A DNA stretch of 52,875 nucleotides, filler included, from Squatina squatina (taxonomy: Eukaryota): NCBI GenBank assembly GCA_031763465.1. It is 3 parts of 3 records of this genome, joined end to end, with 100 filler letters (N's around TTAATTAATTAA, not from the genome) between each part and the next. Parts side by side here need not be neighbours in the genome. Positions count along the whole stretch, not along the records: positions 1 to 18,229 come from JARFOE010000046.1; positions 18,330 to 32,166 come from JARFOE010000013.1; 1 more part is not named here. One strand, written 5' to 3'. The notes beneath the pieces were generated by a model. The model worked only from the letters and a program-made list of their open reading frames with translations, was not told where the DNA came from and did not search any database. Position 1 is the first letter of the stretch, and the number at the start of each line of letters is the position of its first letter. The translations under genes and the position numbers were made by a program. Shown here in pieces: positions 11,655 to 24,066 of this stretch.

Positions 11655-14140
11655 TTTATTAATTAACATTTGACTAAGTGTGTTGCTTCATATTCTAGTA
11701 CATCAGCAATCTGAATGCTTTGTGTATAATTTTATTTATAAATATTGTGCATTTCCTTATACTGTATATTTAAATTGTACACATTTTCAACCATTACAAG
11801 CTGTCAGTCACACATTTCTTTTGTGGCTGTAATTTATAAAACAAAACAGTGCAGTACCACAGAAATATCAACCAGTTAGATGGAGATATGCAAGAACACG
11901 GTGCAATATATCACCTTAATTCACAAAAGCCAACTTACTACCGAATCCAATAAGCCCAGTAGCCAAAGATGGTGTCCTGGTGGCCTTTGCATTCAGCTCA
12001 GTCTGATGTAGTTCGGATGTGGTCATCATTTCTATCACTTAGAGTTATTTTAAAGGATGATCTTGATGGTCCACAGAGAAAAGAGGCTGAAATAGCCAAG
12101 TTAGCAATACCTTTCTGTCAATAACTTGGCACTGACAAGACATGTGCAAAGCCAGTGGCTCAATCTAGGCTGGGCTTGCTTGTTAAAAGGTTATATCATC
12201 ACAGTGAGGAAAAACTGCTTTTCTGGCTAGTAAGCAAAAAAAAGAGAAACAAGGTGAGACATGTCCTTTAAAGGGGCTTCTCATCGTTTGGGGCAGGGGA
12301 GGAAAAAGAACCCAGAAGACCCACAAATTGTATTTGTCACAATGACATCACACAAAAATGACTGATATTTTCAACCAACACAAAATTACACCATCTTATT
12401 GCACATTTAAAAGACAGTGAGTAAAAAGTGACCATAAAACTGCTCAGTTCAATGATGCCCCTTTAAGGTTGCCATTGTTCAGCTGGCCCTTGGATTTGTT
12501 CACTTTGTAGAGAAATTTGTAAGATTTAAGGTCCCTTTTCTTACAGGAAAAAAAATAGAAGGTACTCAGTTTCTTATTTAATTAACCCTCTGAGGACTAA
12601 TGAATTAATTTCTAGATTCGGCACTAATATAATAGCGAGGGGCACAGACCACAAAGAGACCAATGTATAACACATAAAACACAGCTTTCTGTACCAAACG
12701 TTCAAACAATTAAAATATTAATATTCTATCAAGTTCAGACACAGTGCAGAGATACTACTGTAGCCCTCAAAGGGTTTTATTTAATGAGTTTAACCTGAAA
12801 TTAGTAAATTGATCATCAAAGTAGAGACCACCAGTGTGGCAGTATTTCATGGAAGAGACAAACTTGTGCTTCAACATCCCAGGTGGGAAACAAGTATCAC
12901 AAACTTACTGGAACAAAAGGTCACACGTCGCAAGAGAGTTACACAAATCTCCAAGGAAAGAATACGAGTCATCAATAGACCGTTAGTAATGATCCAATTA
13001 AAACATCACACAGTGAATACTGAATCTCAGAGTCACACTTGTTAGGATAAGTCGGTGCAAGTCCACTTTACATCAAACCTATCCTGTATAATTCTCAAAG
13101 AAAAAGTAATCATCAACTTCAGCAGCCACTGGATTCAAGAATAGAAATGTATCCATCACTTTAGGATACGGGGGCATTTCCACAGTCAGTGCATGGAATC
13201 TCTGCCTAGACCCGCATTACGGACACATAAGAGAACCAAACTTTTCAATGTGCTTTTTCTGATTGGAAAGAAAACAATAAGTGCAAGCTCATGGTGTCTG
13301 ATCGTGGTGCAGCTGTAAGATATTTCAGAAGTAACTGTTTAGGAAATGAAAGCTTTCTGAGAGAGCTTCCAAGTGAGAGAAGAAAACTTTCTCTTTGTGA
13401 CAAACACCAAAGTCTTTACAATGAACAGCACAGTAACTGAAGTCCGATTGACAAACTGCACACACAATACATGCAGGAGTCAGAGCAGGGAGTATCAGCA
13501 ATCAGGACCCAGGAGCAGTCAGAGCCCAGTGTGACCAGGAGCAGGATTGGCACCTGTCCATTTTTGGACCAGACAACCTGCTTCTTTTTCACATGGGGTG
13601 TCGGAAAATTTGTAAAAGGTGACCCTGACACCACAAGTCCTATTTTCTCATTTTCTCAGTATGTCTTATGATCAGGAGACACTAAAGATTAAGGTTTCCA
13701 ATGAATTTTGATCAGCAGCAAATAAATGATCAGAACTCAAGCCATGTTCCCATCCATTACCTTGCCCTTGTTCGGTTCAGGACTTAGTAAAAAGGACCAA
13801 CCCTGCCCAGACGCAGTTGAAGNNNNNNNNNNNNNNNNNNNNNNNNNNNNNNNNNNNNNNNNNNNNNNNNNNNNNNNNNNNNNNNNNNNNNNNNNNNNNN
13901 NNNNNNNNNNNNNNNNNNNNNNACGCAGTTGAAGATGAGAGCAGGGAGCAGTCAAAATCCATGAACTGTCAAAGCCCAAAGCAGGGAACAGAGAGCAGTG
14001 AGAGCCCAAGAGCACTGCCGAGCACGGAGTAGTCATAACCTGGGAGCCGGGAACACTCAGAGCCCCAGGAGAGCCAAGAAGCATAGAAGGGAGGGTAGTC
14101 GGAGCTCGGGAGCAGTCCGTGCAAGGACCTAGCTTATTCT
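11655..14140 (-). other. KCTD16: Probable KCTD16 3' UTR
   Basis: Directly follows the TAG. The gap at 13823-13922 is flanked by an identical 12-mer, suggesting continuity. Minus-strand AATAAA at 11731-11736 and 11655-11660. The true 3' end is unknown. Confidence 0.45.
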
Positions 14141-14589
<449 letters not shown>

Positions 14590-16135
14590 CTGGAAAAAGA
14601 GGAGAAAAATTGCTTTAGGCAAAAAAAAACCCAGAATACTTTCAGAATCCTTGTCTGATTTCTGCAACATTTTTTGACGAAATGCCATCCACTTAAAGGG
14701 ATATTGTCTTTCTGAATCATTCTTTTCTGAATCATTGTTTTCACTGCAGTAACATCAAACACAAGTGACATGACGATGTGTTTCAACACAATTTAAATCA
14801 CCATATTCTGTTTTGTCAACAAGCAATAGGATTGCCAGTTTTCTTGAAGATCATGCCCCTCCAAAGTGGGAGCTGCCTAATTATGAAAAGGTCGCTGTTT
14901 CCAAATACTGATCAGACTTTTCTGTGCATATTTTACACTGTAGTCTCAACTTTCTCATTATTTTTGTTTCTGTGTGCAATTCAGGGCAAACATACATCAA
15001 TCAACAGTGAAACTGTTTTTACACTGTTCTTGGTGTATACTTATTAAAATATTTATAGAAAACTAAGCCAGTAATTTGACAGAATATAGTAACGTATTGC
15101 TCTCTCTGTCGGTTCAATCTATCCTTTTTCTCTCCTGCTCACTCTTTCCTCTGCCTGACTGACATTCCAGAAGGTATCAGAGGAACTTTTATTATGCTGT
15201 AACAGATATTTTAAATTCTGTACATTCTGTGCACATGTAGCATATTTCGGAATAACATGCTGTTTGTTTCCATTTCAGGTTTACGAAGAATTGGAGATTT
15301 CTATCAAAAACATAGAAACATAGAAGATAGGAGCAGGAGTAGGCCATNNNNNNNNNNNNNNNNNNNNNNNNNNNNNNNNNNNNNNNNNNNNNNNNNNNNN
15401 NNNNNNNNNNNNNNNNNNNNNNNNNNNNNNNNNNNNNNNNNNNNNNNTGACCATAATATCCTATGAAACGCAACAAAAATCTAAATTCACATTGAAAATC
15501 ATGTCTGAAATCTCAGGCATAGCTGTGGTTCTCAAGAAGTACTCGTGGTTAAAATTTCATAGTTTATGTCAGAATCTTGAAGCTTTGGATTGTTACAGAC
15601 TTCTATACCAGCTGTTGTACTACACTGACATGTTTCTATTGACTGATTCTGTTTATTGTAAAAATACCATTCATTTGGGATTCTGTGGGCTGTGGTACAG
15701 AAGTCTCCATGGATTCTTCCTGCCACTTTTCCCATCACAGTAATCAGCAGAGTTTTACAGTATTTCACCAACACTTCTTTAGACTGCTGTCAGCTTTTCA
15801 ATGGCAGTTCCTACTACTGAGACTTATAACTACTTTAATAACTTAATACATTATGTATTAGAACTACTTACTTCCATTCATAATCTGTACAGCTCTTAGA
15901 TTTTGCTTATGGCATGATAAAGTGAGCATCAAATATATTAGTAAACATTTTGTCTGGTTCCTGCATTTCAGTTACATCAAAAGCATTCTGTTTTTAAATC
16001 TTCATATTAATTAAACAGGTTACAAAGGTGAGGCAAAGACGGTTCATCTTTGAATGTGATCTGAAGCATGTAGTACTGGGCTGCCCGTGTTAACCTGCTT
16101 GTGTACATCAGTATATGGAGTAATTTCAAGTAATA

Positions 16136-16532
16136 GGGGCCAAAATTCCACTTTTTTTGGTCCATTAGCAACTCAGAGCGACGCTAACGGGGCAATAAAT
16201 GTATTTTTGCTGGGGCAGGGTGGCCAGGTTGTGGAGGCGCAAGATCCTTTACGCTGCTCCCCACGAATCAGCATGCCACATCATCAAAGGGCACACCGAC
16301 CTCTTTGCATCCCACAGGGGAAACTGCCCCACGGGACGTGAGGACCACTGCTGGCGATGGCACCGACAGCTTCACAGGGTGCGAAGCTGTCGGTGCTGCG
16401 GATCTTAAAGGGGAGGGCCTTTGCACTGCCGGCAGCCATGTTTTTCTGTCAGCCGACTCTTTGGTCATCCAACCAATGGCAGTCCTCGCCTCGACCGGGC
16501 TGCCATCCGTTAGCCCGGCACGATGACCAGCG
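16136..16532. mobile_element. GC-rich DNA transposon-like fragment
   Basis: Starts with the TIR-like ggggccaaaattcc, shows an abrupt GC/CpG increase and runs into a gap. A similar start lies at ~18040. Confidence 0.35.
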
Positions 16533-18229
16533 NNNNNNNNNNNNNNNNNNNNNNNNNNNNNNNNNNNNNNNNNNNNNNNNNNNNNNNNNNNNNNNNNNNN
16601 NNNNNNNNNNNNNNNNNNNNNNNNNNNNNNNNNNNNNNNNNNNNNNNNNNNNNNNNNNNNNNNNNNNNNNNNNNNNNNNNNNNNNNNNNNNNNNNNNNNN
16701 NNNNNNNNNNNNNNNNNNNNNNNNNNNNNNNNNNNNNNNNNNNNNNNNNNNNNNNNNNNNNNNNNNNNNNNNNNNNNNNNNNNNNNNNNNNNNNNNNNNN
16801 NNNNNNNNNNNNNNNNNNNNNNNNNNNNNNNNNNNNNNNNNNNNNNNNNNNNNNNNNNNNNNNNNNNNNNNNNNNNNNNNNNNNNNNNNNNNNNNNNNNN
16901 NNNNNNNNNNNNNNNNNNNNNNNNNNNNNNNNNNNNNNNNNNNNNNNNNNNNNNNNNNNNNNNNNNNNNNNNNNNNNNNNNNNNNNNNNNNNNNNNNNNN
17001 NNNNNNNNNNNNNNNNNNNNNNNNNNNNNNNNNNNNNNNNNNNNNNNNNNNNNNNNNNNNNNNNNNNNNNNNNNNNNNNNNNNNNNNNNNNNNNNNNNNN
17101 NNNNNNNNNNNNNNNNNNNNNNNNNNNNNNNNNNNNNNNNNNNNNNNNNNNNNNNNNNNNNNNNNNNNNNNNNNNNNNNNNNNNNNNNNNNNNNNNNNNN
17201 NNNNNNNNNNNNNNNNNNNNNNNNNNNNNNNNNNNNNNNNNNNNNNNNNNNNNNNNNNNNNNNNNNGTACAATGACAGCTGAGTGAGTTAATGCCGAGTA
17301 TGTTAATACCTAGAGAAATCCATGTTTCTCACTGTACCGCTGCGAACAGATGCTGGGTATATCTGTTTGCTATTCATTAAATGTGTATTTTTCCCTGTTG
17401 CTGCCTTTCATTTCATGGCAGAAGTAAATGTAAACTGATGAAAGGTTCTGAGGTTCAACCAGTTCTCAGTCAATCAGAGGTTGGCTGGCCAGGATTTGAT
17501 GATTTGTACAAAGTGAGCTGTCACCGCTGTCTATACAAGATAAAGGGTCACAAAGACAACATTAATTATAACACTTACACTTCTTAATCCGATTCAGGTT
17601 TGTCAAATCATCACACTTCCCATGCTTTGCAAAAGTATAGCTCCATCGATCCCAAATGACTAGAGTTGGCTCACTAGCCTTTAATCTTGTTCAGACAAAA
17701 GAACATTTTCAAACCAGTGTAGACACTGAATTTGAAAAAAATTAGTTCTCTGTCAGTTCATACAAAATAGACCCCAAGAAACCTTCACTACTCTTGACTT
17801 CTGAAATGCTTTCAATCATGGCTTGAAGTTTAGTGATGAACGTATTTTCAGTATGGAAAATGTTCACAGTATTGATGTGTTGCTTTCTGATATAGTAACT
17901 ATAATCCATCAGTGTTATTGAATATATGCATACTGACAACAAAAGCAGACACATTAAGAACCAGAACAATATTCCTGCTGAAAACTACAAGAAAATCTAG
18001 AAATAGAAACCCTAACAAATCTATTTCATCCATAAATCTGGGCCGTGAAATTGGGCAGCGCCCCGTTTGGGGCTGATGACTCTCTGGGGCCGGAACTTAT
18101 ATCTCCAGCCCCAGAAGTACTGCCCTTGGCACGTTATTGGCATTACCGCCCCAGAAAGGAAGTGGAGCGCTGTCTGCTTCACTTCTGGGGAGGTAATGGG
18201 GCGGTGTTGGGGCGTTGCATCAAGCGCAC

Positions 18230-18329
18230 NNNNNNNNNNNNNNNNNNNNNNNNNNNNNNNNNNNNNNNNNNNNTTAATTAATTAANNNNNNNNNNNNNNN
18301 NNNNNNNNNNNNNNNNNNNNNNNNNNNNN
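18230..18329. other. Artificial scaffold linker (44N-TTAATTAATTAA-44N)
   Basis: A palindromic 12-mer with stops in all six frames at 18274-18285, centred in a 100-base spacer. Confidence 0.95.
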
Positions 18330-18702
18330 AAATCGCTGATGTTTCTAAAGATAAGTTCGTCATAAATTACAGAAATCACACATCGATACAGATAGGCCCA
18401 AAACGAACAGTAAGTAATATGTCTTAGTTACGCCAGACTAGAGTACGATAACTCCGAGATAAGAACTATAATAGATAAGAACTAAACGCACGATAAATAA
18501 CCACAAAACATCCAAGTACTATCACAGCCGTCATTCTACACTTGAACCAGACCGTTCAGCATCAGAAAAGAGTGTGGAAAGAAAGGTGCCGACCTAATGG
18601 TGGTTTGCCATCAGTTAGGTGTTTGCAGAAGTCCAGTGTGTCTTAAGACCAGTGTGTCTAGGTGCTAGGTGGTAGAGTGCGTGTCCCTGCTCGCTGCCGG
18701 GC

Positions 18703-18762
18703 TATTTGAGAGGAGGCAGCGCCTTGAACACAATTCACTGGAAAACTGGAGATGCTGATTGG
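18703..18762 (-). promoter_or_regulatory. Candidate CCAAT plus TATA-like core promoter
   Basis: Minus-strand CCAATCAG at 18755-18762 and TCAAATA at 18703-18709, about 50 bp apart, in CpG-containing sequence. Confidence 0.3.
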
Positions 18763-19544
18763 ATTCACACAGTGCTGACTAAACACAGACTCTGCAGCGC
18801 CTCCACAGCGGTGCCAGCCCTAACATACACCATGACCCCAGCAGAACTGGCCCGCAGAAAGAGAGTAAGCTCTCTACGCGTCTCGTTTATATCTCCAGCC
18901 CCATAGATAGATAGAGACGGGAAGACTGGGGGAATCAGAGACTGGGTGCCAGATAGAAAGAGATAAATAGGGAGAGAATGTGAAAATGATTGAGTGGAGA
19001 AAGGGACAGCAGGCTCTTTGAACTCCGATCTCATACACGCTAACTAAAAGTAGTTATAGACTACCTTTGGGGAGAAGAATGTGACAGCGACCTAAAACTC
19101 GTGTAGACATTTTGTTACTGTGTGCTAAATAAAAAAAATGTGTTCTAGTGCTTTGTTTCAGGAGAGCCAACACGCCAGCTGGTAAATACTCACCGCACCT
19201 GTCTGGTTTTGTCGTCTTCAATAGTTTTTAGGCGCTAACTACTCGGAACGAATAAGTTTGAAAGCATATTNNNNNNNNNNNNNNNNNNNNNNNNNNNNNN
19301 NNNNNNNNNNNNNNNNNNNNNNNNNNNNNNNNNNNNNNNNNNNNNNNNNNNNNNNNNNNNNNNNNNNNNNNNNNNNNNNNNNNNNNNNNNNNNNNNNNNN
19401 NNNNNNNNNNNNNNNNNNNNNNNNNNNNNNNNNTTGCATTGTGTGATTTAAAGAAAAGACAACTGAAACACAAATACTTCATTACAAGCAGTGGAATAAA
19501 ACATCTTGTCAAGCAAAGAGAGTGAGCAGTCAGCTTTGATAGAT

Positions 19545-20030
19545 GCCTAGGATTTCCCCAGGCACAGGATGTCATTGATGGTGTCCCTGTTGCATTAAAA
19601 GCCTTGTATGAGGACCTCCTCAATTTTATCACCAGGAAGAGGTTTCATTCTATGCAGTTAGCATGTGATACCATTATGTGATACGTACTTTTGCACTCAA
19701 ATGTGTGCTGCCTAGATAGCTACCATTATTGCCCCCCTGCAATTAATGGTACTAACATTGTTGAAAAACACTTATCAGCTTGGTTGGAAACTACAGATAC
19801 CCCTACAGGTCTGACTGATGACACCACACTGCCATCCAAAATCAGCAGCAGAGGACAAATATAATGAGGTCCTTGAAAACACTTGAAATGTAGTGGAGCA
19901 GACAATCTGAATTTTAACATTTCTGGGGCCTCGATCAGTCAGGGGAGCCTTGCAGTACAGCCAGGAAGGATCTCAATAATTATTGACAGCTGATGAAGAT
20001 TGCCATTCAGAAAGGATTAACACTTCCGGG
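19545..20030 (+). mobile_element. Degenerate Harbinger (HARBI1-type) DDE transposase fragment
   Basis: GFPQAQDVIDGVPVALKALYEDLLNFITRKRFHSMQLACD, then YPLQV*LMTP, NVVEQTI and GALQYS-like blocks in the expected order, with stops and frameshifts. Confidence 0.75.
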
Positions 20031-20378
20031 TGGATAATGAGCAGGACACGGAGGAGAAGGGAACCCTCCATCACTGGTAATGTGGACATTTAATTCCGAC
20101 ACCTAAGTGGTTTGCAATGCGGCTACCATTATGCAATAGTCGTTTTCCGAGACATGCTTTTGATTTCGTTATCAGTCTTGAAAAATCCTTACGTCCAGTT
20201 CTGCGAGGGAGTTACAAATCTTTCTGTATCACCGTTTGCTGCATAAGAAGCACTTATTAATTAATAGTCTGTCCTGTTAATTTGTCTGCGACTGCGTTCG
20301 AAGCCTTTTGCAAAGGTCTGTCGGTTTAGCTAAACCAGCTCGGCGTCAGGGGCCTGGCACCTTCCATCGCCTTACCAG

Positions 20379-20402
20379 GGATCCTTCTTTGAACCTTTAA
20401 AA
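20379..20402 (+). CDS. Candidate 24-nt microexon (GSFFEPLK), host gene unknown
   Basis: cttccatcgccttaccAG|ggatccttctttgaacctttaaaa|GTAAGT. Only phase 0 is free of stops. Confidence 0.45.
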
Positions 20403-23400
20403 GTAAGTGATAATTTACTCCAGGGATTCATTACAAAAAGTGCACATTGAACAAAGTGCAAATTGAAATAAACAATTAGTCAAATAATCACGTCAGTGGC
20501 TAAGTAGCTTTGATTGAAATTGTGGGACGACAATTTATATATAGATATGGGGCTGATTTGTGTCTCCTTGGTGAAAGTAAGACAGACCTGTGTGTTTGCG
20601 ATTTGGCTGCATTACAAATAGACCACTACTCAGCAATGAGGAGTTTAGTAAGTTTTTAGACGTAACGTTTAGGTCGCCTTTTTCAGCATCAAAAACAGCT
20701 GAAAAAAACTTATCAGGGAAAAGGTCTAGGATTTCGTTGTCAGGAGTATTAAAATGAATATAGTACATATATTGTACCATATAGAAATATTTACATGAAT
20801 CTAGTACATATAACGTCCATTATACATGTGTATGTATGTGTACACATAACACTCGCACACTGCTTGTACTGCGGCAGACAGTTGATGCTCAATGACTTTA
20901 CAGTGTACTTGACCGATGCATAGAACTGCATTTTGCGTATCCATTCGATGGTGGCTTCGCGGTTTGTCTTCACAGCAATTATCCCTCTAACACATGGCAA
21001 AATAATATTGACATGTGGATGCAGCTTCGTATAAGTAGCTATATGGAATATCCTTGCAGCTTCTAATGTTCGTACAGATCCAGGGTAATGATTCCCCGTG
21101 GATCTTTCTAAGTAACTTTGCTTCTAGGATAGGGCCGGGTGTTATCTTCTAAATGTGAATCGGATTAATGCTTTTAGTGCTGAAGAAGCCTGCTTGATTC
21201 TGTAAAGGGTGGGATACTGTAACTGATATTGCACAAAGNNNNNNNNNNNNNNNNNNNNNNNNNNNNNNNNNNNNNNNNNNNNNNNNNNNNNNNNNNNNNN
21301 NNNNNNNNNNNNNNNNNNNNNNNNNNNNNNNNNNNNNNNNNNNNNNNNNNNNNNNNNNNNNNNNNNNNNNNNNNNNNNNNNNNNNNNNNNNNNNNNNNNN
21401 NNNNNNNNNNNNNNNNNNNNNNNNNNTTCACACTGGGTTTAGTGACAGGCGCTTTCATGCAGTGGAGGACTGCTGCTGGTTCCACGGAGCAGTCGAGATT
21501 GTTGTGCTGCCGCGGTCAGCAGAAGAGTGATGAGGTGACTGGACTAAACAGAACAAGCTGTGTGTGTTCTCCTCTGATAGCAGTGTTAAAGAATGGCACA
21601 CAGGAATGAGCATTGGACGCCGTACTGTCTCCCCATCCGAGAGCCCGCTCACATTTTAACAGGCTGCAGGGAAGAGAGGAAAATAACATCAACACATTCA
21701 CATTCCCCAATTATTTACAGTTGGGGCTTAGCAGCATTTAATCCACCTAGTATGTCAAAGTTTGAGTAGAGACAAAATATTATTTAATGTTTCATTTTGT
21801 GTTCAGGTCTCCCATGTGTCTCACTGTAACAAATTAGATTAAACCTGTTGAAGTGTTTTCCAATGAACGATGCTCTAGTTCCATTATGATTAAACGACTA
21901 ACAATAAAGGTTACTACTTCGTGTTTCCTCGTGCATTGTTTATTCGTTTGCAAGCACAGTTTAAACTAAAAGTTATAAAAGTTCCCCATTGGACAAGGTT
22001 TTTAGTGTACTTTATGGTTCAGTAACATAATGAGCACATTTATTTTCAGGCTAGGACCTACTGTATGACAAATTAGTTTTAAATCCAGTCGTTATTCAAT
22101 TAATTTTCGTTACTTGAATTCCCCAACTTTCTGTAATGCTGTCAACACTGAAAAATGAAAATTTCGGTTAAGAACCGGAAAGCCGGTTCTTCAACCGCTA
22201 CACTGGCTCCGCTGTAGATTCCTCCTGCCTTGAGCCACATTGCGCACAGCCATTGTTTGATATTACAGTGATTTAAAATGGTAATTTAACTTTTGAAAAA
22301 CATCTTTCACTATAATTAAAACTGGTGAAACGCTATCATTAGTTTTGCGAATGCCATATCCGGATTCCAGATCAGCAATGTGTGCGTGTGACCGAGGTAA
22401 ATGGGTTGGTTCAGGATTTCACTTGTACACTGTTTAGGTGTGCGTGTGTCATTGAAACAATCTAATTGTGAATGTCAAGAGTGTTTCTCTTTTCTATTCC
22501 TAATTTGCCACTTTTAATAGAACATGCAGTGGAAATATGTCGGTATCACTTCAATACATTCAATTAAACGCATCAATTTGTTTTCTAAACTTTCTCCGAA
22601 TATACAATCAGAGCCCCACTTGATTTTATATGTGTTGTGTTGTCATATACAGTGACAAGTAAGGTGTCGTGGTCTCCGAGTGAACTGAATATGATTTTAA
22701 ACTACGATTCCCCGCACTTCATCAAGTATCGCAGTCATGAAATGCCCCAGGTTCTTTTGGATCCAACAAGTATTCATTACATAAAACCCCAACCAATATG
22801 CTCTATCAAAGAAGTGACAATATTTTAATATACTTTTAGATAAAGCAACGGCAGGTTCCTTTTGAAATTATAGAGGATTCCAAAAGTACTGAAGGCATAA
22901 ACAATCGTGCTATAGTTTCGGTGACTATTAATCCGCGTGATGATATGTTTGGTACTGAACAGAAAAACTGTGCAGAAAGTGCAGGTCACGCAATCTTCTT
23001 AATGATTGTTTTAACTCACAAATACACAGTGTGATNNNNNNNNNNNNNNNNNNNNNNNNNNNNNNNNNNNNNNNNNNNNNNNNNNNNNNNNNNNNNNNNN
23101 NNNNNNNNNNNNNNNNNNNNNNNNNNNNNNNNNNNGCAAACAGCTGAGCTACAAAATAAAGCATGCTTCTCAGTTTTCTGAGTGAGTACATGGGATGTAT
23201 CTCACTACCCCTCCCCCATCCACTGATACAATTTCCTGAAAAAGAATAGGAAAAGAAAGAATGGCTGCCTAAATTTTATGCAAGGTTTAAGCTTTTTAAA
23301 AGTGTGCAGTAAGGCACTGTTTGGCAAATTAAAAAGTAGGAGAAATTAGAGTTTTCAGTGAGGAATGCAGCTTTCTTCTCATGTGATGCATTATAGACAT

Positions 23401-23541
23401 GAGAAACTTTCAACTGTAACAATTTTCACCTATATTATGTTTTGGTTATGTTGCATTCTTCTAAATAATTGAAAACTCTCCAGATGTTGCCAGTTATTTC
23501 TCAACCCTTTCCCCCTTGCCGCAGAACATTTGGGAAAACAG

Positions 23542-23700
23542 TGGCCCTAAATTTGCAGTCGGTGGCTTCAGAAATCTTGACAGATCGCAACTTCCGGGGT
23601 TAGACACATGTGCTTCGCAGCCCTTAACCCAGAATTTGTAGGGCCCCTACGGGCACGTGCATGCCTCGTACTCACCCATAGGGGCTGCAATTTCAGGCCC
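23542..23700. mobile_element. Short MITE with imperfect terminal inverted repeats
   Basis: Left end tggccctaaatttgcagtc; reverse complement of the right end gggcctgaaattgcagcc. GC-rich interior, no clear TSD. Confidence 0.6.
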
Positions 23701-23991
23701 AATGAGTTCTGGCCCAACTAGCACCAGCTTCTTCTCTGGCTTCTAAGCATTTCAAGCTTATAAACTGAAATGAAATACATCTTACTATTATTAAACATAA
23801 TATTAAAATACATGGATACTATAAAGGACACAGAGAATTGGATACAAAACCTTACCAGTGATGGATTGTTAAAGAATAGGATCAGGATTGATTGAAGGAT
23901 GTTTCACATAAAGCTATATTCTGATGAGGGTTGAGTCGCTTAAGGGGCCTTCAGGCACTGTATGCTGAAGTAGTGCGTATTCCAGTGTTAC

Positions 23992-24066
23992 CTTCCTTCG
24001 CCCCACACACTAACTGCACAAAATCATTGACATTATAGGCCATGGAGAAGTCTGTGGTCTGTTCAG
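23992..24066 (-). CDS. Candidate 75-nt exon, unidentified (xEQTTDFSMAYNVNDFVQLVCGAKE)
   Basis: Long polypyrimidine tract ending tttttcttcAG (AG at 24067-24068), donor AAG|GTAACA, symmetric phase 1-1. The other two phases hit stops. Confidence 0.35.

Noticed and set aside
16268-17286. Long ORFs in the track here and at 26163-27551
   Set aside because: They consist almost entirely of N-derived X residues.
18274-18285. Palindrome TTAATTAATTAA as a biological site (also 32211-32222)
   Set aside because: It is centred in N spacers with an identical layout both times, so it is an artificial linker.
19162-19230. Small exon candidates (+ strand 20 nt at 19162-19181; - strand donor at 19193)
   Set aside because: The + candidate is not a multiple of three and the - candidate has a weak acceptor. 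No peptide was recognised.
21527-21577. C/D box snoRNA (GTGATGA...CTGA)
   Set aside because: Only ~50 nt long, with no terminal stem.
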